From the human T2T-CHM13v2.0 reference genome, Homo sapiens, in the NCBI RefSeq assembly GCF_009914755.1, contig NC_060944.1: a stretch of DNA of 64,000 bases. One strand, written 5' to 3'. A model generated the notes under the pieces. It searched no databases and was not told the DNA's origin. It saw nothing but the letters and a program-made list of their open reading frames with translations. This document shows positions 53,157 to 64,000 of the stretch, one piece after another. Position 1 is the first letter of the stretch. Every line of letters begins with the position of its first letter. A program made the position numbers and the translations under genes.

Positions 53157-54341
53157 AGTTTATGCTGTTCTGCATAAGTATAACGCGTGCCAATAGATTT
53201 GTTTGCTCTGAGGATTGCAAGGATAATAATGTATGCAAATGCAACTGAGCACAGAGCCTGGCATACAGTAGGTGCTCAACATGTATTTGCTTTAAGTTTG
53301 ACACACTGTCCTTTAAAATAGAATATGGCGACCTGTTTTTCTAAGTTGGCACTTATTGCTCAGCCCCATCATTTTTGTGTCCCTGGTATTGCTCTCATGA
53401 TCCCTGATGCTACAGTGGGATTGCATCTGACAAATGCTTGAGTTCAAAGTCAGTGTGAAATGAGTGGTTAATACAATATCATTATGTCACTAAATCATCT
53501 CTAAGATGGTTGTATCCAGCTACATTCCCATCAATAGCGTAGACTGCAGAGAGAGTATCTAGGAGAGAGTATCTAGAAGTTCTATCATTTACTCGTATAT
53601 GTTTCCCCAATTTAAGACAGGGTAGGAGAGAAGTAGATCCACTTATCACTAGAACCTGGGGAAAAAGCTAAGGACTTCTCTGCAGTTCCAAAACTTTTCC
53701 TGGAACAGTAGATGACGCGTTTTGTACAGGGCAACAGAAACTGGGGTGTTTGGATGGGTTGATGAGATAGTGATTTATTTTGATGTGACTGCTAACACTG
53801 CTACTACTGTGAGTCTTGTTAATACAAAACTATTAATCCTGTTCTTGTTCCCTCTGTGCCCGTTGCTGCGTGCTGCCAATGGGGAAGATACAACATATAG
53901 GAAAAACCAGATTCTTCACTGCAAATACTGCTTTGCATGCTTTTCTTTCATTGCTTTGGGCTTCTGGGAGAAATCAGAAGAAAAGAAACAAGGCAGTGAA
54001 TGGTGGAAATCATGGGGGAAAGATGGCATATTTGGGATCTGCAGATGGATATTGAAAATGCAAACTAGTTTGCTGATTTGTAGTTGTATTAGGGTGGGTG
54101 TCCGAACTGGTGGTGTTAGTAATGGAATTTGGAACTTCTCAATGGATATGATCCTGTGTGCAGGCATGTGGTCACCTGAATAGTACCACTCAAAACCCCC
54201 AAACCTAAAAAAAAAAAAAAAAAAAAAAATCCCATTATTTGCATCTCCTACTCTGTTCTAGAAAGCTTAAAGTTTATTGTAAAGGTCTTTGCTTTGTGGA
54301 AAGATGCTTTTTGGTAAAGAACATGCTGTTTGTTGGAGCAC

Positions 54342-54885
54342 TGCATTAGTTGTCTGTTGTTGCGTAACAAATCATTTCAAACCTTCATGGCTTAAAACAA
54401 CAGTAAACATTTATTACCTCACAGTTTATGTGAGTCTAGGATTCAGAAGTGGCTTAGCTGGTAGTTCAGGTTTGAGGTCTCTCATGAGATTGCTGTGCAA
54501 GTGTCAACTGGGGTCACTGTCATCTGAAGGGTCGATTATGGTGGATTGGGGGATCCAGTTCCAAGAAGGCTCACTCTTCCAAGAAGGGGGCCAGCATGCT
54601 GGTGCTGGCTCTTGGCAGGAGGCCTCAGTTCTTCTCCACATGGGCCTTTTCAGAAGTCTGCCTGAGTATCTTCATGGCATGATGGATGGCTTCCTCCAGA
54701 GTGAGCTAAGAGACCATGGCATAAGCTAAAAAGTGTTTTATGAACTGGTCTCAGAAATCACACCACTGTCACCTCCACAGTTTTCTACACAGTTCAGTCC
54801 TATTTAGTGGGAGAGGGGTGTATACAAGAATATGATTACTGGGAGGCTAGAATCACCTGGGCCATCTTGGAGGCTGACTACCATA
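54342..54885 (-). mobile_element. MLT1F/H-like LTR
   Basis: tgcattagtt...gtaacaaatcatttcaaacc..tggcttaaaacaaca...ggccatcttggaggctgactacca. Confidence 0.8.
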
Positions 54886-56651
54886 AGAACCAGCCATGCA
54901 CCAGACCCTGCCTCTATGTGCTTTACCTCATTTAATCTTTAGAGGAATGGTGCCAATACAAGGTAGGATCTACTGCTATAAGAAATCAAAGGTGAATTTC
55001 ACTAATTTGTCTAAGGTCACACAGCTAGTGAGTGGTGGAGCTGGGATTGTAATGTATACACCTGAGTTCCAGCCTATGGATTAATGCTGGCTTCCATATC
55101 TTCCTCAGAGAGACCTGGGTCCAAGTTTGAGCACTGCCCATTGCTTGCGTTTGGTCTTAGTAATACAACTTAATAATTCCATTTGTGTAGCTCAAATGCA
55201 ATTAACCGTTTGGAATGCACACATGCAGGAGTGGGCACATCAAGGCATTCAGTAGATCAAAAAAATCTTTTCCCTTAAAATTTTCAAAATCTGAGGTACA
55301 TATACAACAAGTAGTAAGAGATAAGTTTCACACAGTACATGGATGAAGTGCTTTTTTATTTTCAGAGTTATATATTTATTTTAATGTATATTTAAAAAAA
55401 TGGATGAATTCCACTTGAAAAGTTACTTAACTGAAACTCAATTTTGGTGTTTGTAAGATAAGCATAAAATGCTAACCGCTTAGAGTTGTATGGATTAAAA
55501 AAGGTAATGTATATCAAGGGCCTAGCAATTGAAAGTTCATAGCAAGCACTCAATAATATTTACTACTATTAACTCGTGATAAATGTAAAGTGTTCCAGAA
55601 AATATGGAAGTGGTGTTCAGGGTTAAGAACATAGAGCCATAATCAGAAGCACTTTTTTCTGTGCTTCTATATTTTAAGAGAGAATCTCTTAGTGATTTGG
55701 ATTCCATTTAAAGTTATGACACAGTGGTAGAGGAAGTAAGTAGGAAGTGAGATTTTCTTCTTAGTTATGAGAATGGCATCAGTGAGAATTAACTTTTACA
55801 GCCACAGTCTTGATAAGGTAAGATGGTTAAAAACAGATGCTTTTATATTTAGAAAACTGATTGGCTACACTGGGTATATAAATGTGCTTTGGAAAAATTT
55901 TCACTTCCTACTCCGAGGTCGCCTAATTGCCACAGATACAGATGTTCTGCTTCTTGTTCCTTTGGGTATGAACTCACACCACTCTGGTTTACCTTAACTA
56001 GAGGGACTTACTCTCCCACAATTTAATTTCCAAGCTCTAATGCAAAACAGGCTTATTTGCTTTGACAGGCAACTACAGGATAAACAGAAAGGGGCAAATT
56101 TATATAGTCAGCTAGCACTCTGCCATTATGAGTAATATGGCTTAACAAGAAAGGAAATGAAGAAATAAAAAAAGATCCCAGACACCATGAGATTTCCCCT
56201 AAAGAACTTATTTCCAATGAACCCTAGAAAATAGAACCAGGACAGGCTCTCAGAAGAACAGGAGAAACAAATATTGATTGATTTATTCATAATTTGTGTC
56301 CCATCTTCTGCAAAAATCTGATGTGGTTTAGAAAAAAGAAATGTCATAGAATCTTTTTTTTTGCAAGATATTATTGCCAGAGGCATTCAAATAACTTTGG
56401 AATAGATGGTCAAATTCCAGGATGTCAAGCCAGTGGTATCATTTCCTCTGAACTTGAAAATTTTTGCTTAGAATACAATCTTACTGATGAAAACAATCAG
56501 TGCTGAAAGAGGATAATGTTATCTAAAATGTACTATGTTTTTCCTTTTATATAATATTGGAATGAATGCATGTTTTTGAAAAATTAAAAAAAATTAAAAG
56601 TAAAATGTAGAAATAAGAAGTCATCCTTTATTACTATTAACACTGTTAATA

Positions 56652-56956
56652 GTTTTTTGTTTGTTCATTTTTTAATTTTTTTGAGACAAGGTCTTGCTCT
56701 GTCACCCAGGCTGGAGTGCAGTAGTGCGATGATGGCTCACTGCAGACTTGACCTTCTGGGCTCAAACAATCCTCCTGCCTCAGCCTCTCAAGTAGCTGAG
56801 ACTACAGGCGTGCAACACCATACCTGGCTAATTTTTATATTTTTTGTAGAGATGAGTTTCACCATGTTACCCAGGCTGGTCTTGAACTCCGGGGCTCTAG
56901 TGATCCATCTGCCTTGGCCTCCCAAAGTGCTGGGATTACAGGCGTGAGCCACCACG
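56652..56956 (-). mobile_element. AluJ
   Basis: gatggctcactgcagacttgacct, tttttgtagagatgag AluJ features; TSD-like ttaatag(t/c)ttt. Confidence 0.93.
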
Positions 56957-57259
56957 TTATTAATAGCTTTGAATATAGAGTAAGATTCATTATTTCTGGA
57001 CAACTCTGTGCCCATATCCCCTTTCTAAAAATGCCACAGTTTCCTTTTGGGGAAGTGTTCTCCCCCTAATTTAACCTTTATATTAGTAGCTGAGGTCATC
57101 CCGAAACTCCTCAGACTGTGCATCACAGGTGAAGTTGGAATGGACATTGGAGATGCCTCCATGTTGTGCAAGACACCCTGGGATGAGTTTACATATTACT
57201 ATTAACATCATAGAGCAAATGCTTTTACCTGATGTATTTCCTTGATATGAGGCTGTAGG

Positions 57260-57990
57260 CCAGAGTCAGCATGAGAGACCCTGAACGCATGGTGTGAAGT
57301 TGTGCAGAGAAACAAAGGAAAGGAGAGTTGAGAGGCTGTGGAGGGCAGACTGCCAGCCATTGTTAGCCTGACGACCAGTCCTGTGTGGGGGAATGAGCTT
57401 GAACTCCTGTTGGGTTAAACTGGCTCTTACTCCAGAGAGGAAATCTGTTGTTGCTGCCTGGCCAGCATCTGTTTTCCCTTCTTCTGATATCAGCAGCTCG
57501 GCTTTCCTCTGGGAACCCCTTTTTCCCCACTTTCTGTCTGTGTCTAAATGATGGGGCTGACCTCCTGTGCCTGACTCCAGGGATGGGTGCATAATCCAGG
57601 TCTAGCCAATTAGTCAGTTCTACCCTCTTGGCCACAGGGGTTACTTCAGAAACAGACACATGACGTCCCTCAACCCAGTAACACTCAATTCTATTACGGA
57701 TTTTGGAATTACCCAGCCAAGAGTGCTCTTTTTAATTGTGCTGGGTTCGTTTGATAGCTTTGAAAATATAAATGCTCACGTTCAGTGCTAACTTAGAGAA
57801 TGCAGCCAAGACCAGGGATCACCAGCAGAGCTGCTTGACGGTGTTGTTTGAGCACCAGCAGCGCCTGAAAGTTGTAACCCTTAAACTTGATGACATGAGT
57901 CAGGACATTTCCTTTTTTGTTGTTTTTATTTTCTGCTAAGACATTTTGAGTTGTGTTTCTATTATATTCAACCAGAAGAGCGTGGCTAAT
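57260..57990 (+). mobile_element. MLT1K-like LTR pieces
   Basis: gggatgggtgcataatccaggtctagccaat; 3' end ttgagttgtgtttctattatattcaaccagaaga. Confidence 0.5.
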
Positions 57991-59102
57991 AGACTGCATT
58001 CCCTGTAATTGCAGAACCCAGCTCCCTCCCACAGTCAACCGGTGCATAGCCCTCCATGTTCCCTGGTTGGGTGTTTTTCATCTGCTCATGAACAGATGTG
58101 GTTGTCAGTCTCTTGGCCATTTTGTCCTCCTTCCCCTGCCCTGGTTTCATCACTGCTTTTCTTGGGGACCACCACCTCTCACTGGGCCCTGTTTTGCATG
58201 CACTTCCATCCTGAAATGCTGGTGATTTGTTAATACTCAACTACAAATTGGGAGAGTAAGCCACTCCATACCCCTCTTTCCTGTATGTCTCTGTTGGTAC
58301 CAGTCTATTTTGCTTGTGATCAAATCTAAATGAGTTCTTAGCCAAACAGCTCTTTTTTTTTTTCCTTATAGCTTTCTCTTGACTCCAGACATGAGCGTGT
58401 AGGGGTTTGACTTTGGAGCAACTGGGAATGTCAGTATCATTATGTATTTGGAATTTCCCCTGCCCTCACTAACCAAGCTACGCTTAGAATGGCAAGCTTT
58501 TCTCCTTAAGATCTTGACTTCTGTCCAAGGATATTCCTTACTTCACCAGGCCTCTGCTGGCCATACCCACATAGTGGACATCTTGCAAAGCTGGCAGTGA
58601 ACAGAGGGGAAGCTCAGTCTGGATCCTATTTCTGAGAGACCGGAATTCAGGATTTGACTTTTTCTCTTGTCGTTAGACCATGTATATCCACTTTTGCTTT
58701 TATAAGTTTTCCAGAGGCAAACAAATATAACAATCCAAAATGCCTCTTATGAGGAAATTAGTTACTTTTAGTAAAACAGTTTTTGTTAAAGCAGAGCTAA
58801 AGGAGCATCTATTGCCCAGTGTTTAAGTAGCAGACACTGTTGGCTACTGATTGAAAATCCATTTTCCCGGTTTATTCCTTTCTCCCTTGATGCCAGAGCC
58901 CACTTTCTACAATAAGGGTGAGCTCCCTGGACATTTACTTTTCAGCCTCCCTTGTAAATAGGGCAAAGCCATGTGACTTATTTCTGCTAAGGGAACCTGA
59001 GGGGATGTTTGTTTGGGGGCAGCTGCTGTTGCTTCTGCTGTTGCATTAGCTGCTGCTTCTCCTCCCTTGGCCCTTTCCCTTCACTCTCTCCTCTTCCTCT
59101 TG

Positions 59103-60405
<1,303 letters not shown>

Positions 60406-61284
60406 GAATATAGCCACTCCAGGTTTCTTTTGATTAGCATTAGCACTGTATATGTTTACTTATCTTTTTTTTTTAACCTATTTGTGTCTTTGTATTTACA
60501 GTGGGTGTCTTGTAGGCAGAATTAAGATGGTCTTTTTTAAATGAAATCTTTCAATCTTTGTCTTAAACCATTTACATTTAATGTGAATATTGACATGATC
60601 ATGTTTAAATTTATTATTTTGTGACTTGATTTCTATTTGCTCCATTTATTCTTTGTTGCATTTATTGTCTTTTTTAGATTAGTTAAAATTTTTTATGGTT
60701 CTATTTTATCTCCTTCATTAGCTTATTAGCTATAACTCTTTTGCTATTTTACTGATTACTTTGGGTACATAGTATAGATCTTTAACTTATCACAGTCTTC
60801 CTTCAAGTTATATTACACTACTTCATATACAGTATAAGAACCTGATAATTGTAAACTTCCATTTCTCCCCTTTTGAGAGAAATAATTTTTGTCATACATT
60901 TGACTTTTACGCATATTATAAACCCCACACTACATTGTTATTGTTTTTGTCATTCAGTAATTTATCTTTTGAAGAAATTAAATAATAAGAAAAATTTATT
61001 ATATGTTTTCCAATAGTTACCATTTCTAGCGCTTTGCATTCTTCTGTGTAGATTCCAGTTTTCATCTGGTATCATTTTCCCTGGCCTGAAAAAATCCTTT
61101 AACATTTTTCTTAGTGTGGTTCTGCTGATTATAAAATCTTAAGTGTTAATTTTGCCTTCATTTTTGAAATGTATTTTCACTGGGTATAAAATTCTAGGTT
61201 GACAAACCTTTTTTTCTCATTTCTTTAAAGGTGCTGTTTTACTGTCTTCTTACTTGCACTGTTTTTGATAAGAAATTACGACTA

Positions 61285-61455
61285 TTCTTATTTTTATATA
61301 CACACATTGTGTATTTTTATATTTACATACATACATATATAAAATATACATACACAATTTATATACATTGTGTATATTTTATATATACACACATTGTGTA
61401 ATTTTATATTATCTTATTTTTATATACACACATTGTGTGTATATACACTGTGTAA
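61285..61455. repeat. AT-rich minisatellite (tttatatacacacattgtgt-like units)
   Basis: About four degenerate units. Confidence 0.85.
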
Positions 61456-62063
61456 ACATATCTTTTTTCTATTCTACATTTAAGATATTATCTTTACATT
61501 GGTTTTAAGTAATTTGATTATGATATGCTTTGGTCTCATTTTCTTCGTGTTTCTGATGCTTGGGGTTCATTGAGCTTCTTGGATGTGTGTGTTTATAATT
61601 TTCATAAAATTTGGAAAATTATCTGCCATTCTTTTTTTAAATATTATAATTTTTTTTTACCTTTACTGCCTTTGCTTTTAGGGACTCCAATTGCATATCT
61701 ATTTAGGACTCTTGAAGTTTCCCACAGCTTACTGATGTTCTGTTTATTTTTAAAGGAATATTTAGCATAGTTAATATTCCTGTTACTTTATATTCACTAA
61801 TGTTTTCTTATGCAATGTCTAATCTGCCAATAATCCTATTCAGTGTATTTTTCATGTCAGGTATTGTGTTTATCTTTTATATTAAATTTTCTCTGCTTTT
61901 AAAAAATATCTTTCACATTTCTATTAAACTTTTTGGATATATGGAATACAGTTATGAAATCTGTGTTTCAGTGCTTTTGTCAGCAAATTCCAACATCTAT
62001 GTCAGTTCTGGATCATTTCAATTGATTGACTTTCCTTCCAATTTTGAATCTTACATTCTTGCT

Positions 62064-62431
62064 ATTGTATTGTATTGTATTGTATTGTACTGTACTGTAC
62101 TGTATTGTATTGTATTGTATGTTATGTTATGTTATGTTATGTTATTTGTTTTGAGACGGAGTCTCATGTCCCCCAGGCTGGAGTGCAGTGGCACAGTCTC
62201 AGCTCACTATAACCTCTGCCTCCCAGGTTTAAGCAATTCTCCTGCCTCAGCCTTCTGAATAGCTGGGACTACAGGCATGCACCACCATGCCTGGGTAATT
62301 TTTGTATTTTTAGTAAAGATGGAGTTTTGCCATGTTGGCCAGGCTGGTCTTGAACTCCTGACCTCAGGTGATCCACCCACCTCAGCCTCCCAAAGTGTTG
62401 AGATTACAGGCATGAGCCACCGTGCCCAGCC
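62064..62431 (-). mobile_element. AluSx-like with pentanucleotide tail
   Basis: TSD cattcttgct (62054-62063 / 62432-62441). Confidence 0.95.
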
Positions 62432-63031
62432 CATTCTTGCTTCTTTATACATCTGGCAATTTTTGCTTGGATGCCAGACGTTATGAATTTTACCTTTTTG
62501 TGGTCTGAATGTTTTTGTATTTCTACAAAACGTCTTTGAGCTTTATTCTGGGACTCAGTTTCTTTACATGAAAACTACTTGATTCTTCTAACTCTTGCTT
62601 TTAAGGTTTGTTAAGCAACACCAGAGCAGAATTTAGTCTAGGGCTAATTATTTCCCACGATTGAGGCCAGGCGCATCTTAGTCTCGTGAATTATGAGTTG
62701 TTGTTGTTTTTTTTTTTTTCCAGTCTGACTGGTTGGAAGAGGCCCTTTTCCCAGCCTTTGTGTGAGTACTAGATACTGTTTCGTCTACTCCTTTTGGGTG
62801 GGAATTTCTTCAGGCTGTCCTGCAAAATTAAGCTTCTTTGCTGTCCTCAAAACTTGCAGCTCTATCTTTTCATCTGAGAGTCTGTCAGCCTTGATTTCAA
62901 TTGCCTTTTCCTATACCAAAGCCTGGAACTTCTCTCAAGGTAGTAAGCTGGGAAATCATAGAGCTTACCTCACTTTTCTTCTGGTTTTTAGGAATTACCT
63001 TCCTAAAATGTAAGAAATATCTATGATTTCT

Positions 63032-63525
63032 TATTTTTTTAACTTTCATTTTAAGTTCAGGGGTACATGTGTAGGTTTGTTACTAGATAAACGTGTGTCA
63101 TGGGGGTTTGTTGTGCAAATTATTTTATCACCTAGGTATTAAGCCTAGTACCCATTAGTTGTTTTTCCTGATCCTCTTCCTCTTCCCACACTCCACCCTC
63201 CGACAGGCCCCAGTGTGTGTTGTTCCTCTCATGTATCCATGTGTTCTCATTATTTAGCTCCCACTTATAAGTGAGAACATGTGGTATTTGGTTTTCTGTT
63301 CCTGCATTAGTTTTCTAAGGATAATGGCTTCCAGCTCCATCCATGCCCCTGCAAAGGACATGATCTCATTCCTTTTTATGGCTGCATAGTATTCCATGGT
63401 GTATATGTACCACATTTTCTTTATCCAGTCTATCATTGATGGTCATTTGGGTTGATTCTGTGTTTTTGCTATTGTGAATAGGGCTGCAGTGAACATACAC
63501 ATGCAAGTGTCTTTATAATAAAATG
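63032..63525 (-). mobile_element. L1PA (about PA11-15) 5'-truncated insertion
   Basis: ORF DWIKKMWYIYTMEYYAAIK is the ORF2 C-terminus; perfect 18-bp TSD gaaatatctatgatttct (63014-63031 / 63526-63543). Confidence 0.95.
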
Positions 63526-64000
63526 GAAATATCTATGATTTCTGTTGGTGACAGTCGGAGGTACTGTGGTTTATGATCTACATTCATAATTGAAGAAAGT
63601 GTTAGATTTCTATTACGGTTTTCTGAAAATAAAGCTGTAAACTTTTTCCTTCCATGTTTATGAACCCTATGGATTCTATCCTCAGACCCCTTAGTGATTT
63701 GTGTACTCCAGGTTAAGAACAGCATTTTACATGGAAGATGAACATTTTAAAAAAGTTTCACAACTATGTGTTTATTTTAATGTGTGTTGAAAAATAATAT
63801 AGCTAGTGCTGCCCATCCAGAACTTCATGTGTATTGTTGCTCAGGACAAGGCTAAATTTTTAAAAAGGAATAATTCATAGTTGATTTAAACAAAAATATT
63901 AAGTAAGTGACAGAACAGATAGTACGTAAATATGACAAAAATTGTGAAGATGAACTACAAATGATGGGTTTTGGAAACTGTCAGTGTCCCACCTTACTGT

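Larger units (their letters stand above)
60406..63013 (-). mobile_element. L1M 5' portion (ORF2 start / inter-ORF / ORF1 relic)
   Basis: aatatagccactccaggtttcttttgattag, ttttcactgggtataaaattctaggttgaca, ggggttcattgagcttcttggat are typical antisense L1M 5' motifs. Confidence 0.75.

Noticed and set aside
53722-54183. 153-aa ORF in unique sequence
   Set aside because: Starts at TTG, no recognisable domain, non-coding-like composition; expected by chance in 64 kb
54208-54229. Isolated A22 tract as a possible retrocopy tail
   Set aside because: No TSD, no upstream polyadenylation signal and no recognisable body

Overview
Non-coding catarrhine-primate (most likely human) genomic DNA, intronic or intergenic. 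I find no credible protein-coding exon, RNA gene, CpG island or CRISPR array. The ORF track is explained by Alu/L1/LTR/Tigger remnants, low-complexity repeats and chance ORFs. Much of the window is transposable-element relics: 15 Alu dimers plus a FAM monomer, L1PA and L1M pieces, L2, MIR, solo LTRs (MER41A, THE1B, LTR9/MER61-group, many MLT1 and LTR16/33), a full-length but dead Tigger1, and an unusually dense set of hAT MITEs (9 MER58, 4 MER20). The best unexplained signals lie in the unique sequence: (i) a ~230-bp hairpin array ending in a ~140-bp nested palindrome (16722-16943); (ii) a CpG-retaining element with stems and a palindromic forkhead pair (20740-21200); (iii) two co-oriented CTCF-like motifs with clustered CATAAA (HOX13/CDX-type) sites (19750-21001). 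There are also readable rearrangement scars: a twin-primed inverted L1, a probable Alu-mediated deletion and two local duplications. Repeat subfamily names come from recalled consensus sequences, and old-repeat boundaries are approximate (tens of bp). I cannot assign the chromosomal locus, and I cannot demonstrate a new biological system from sequence alone.
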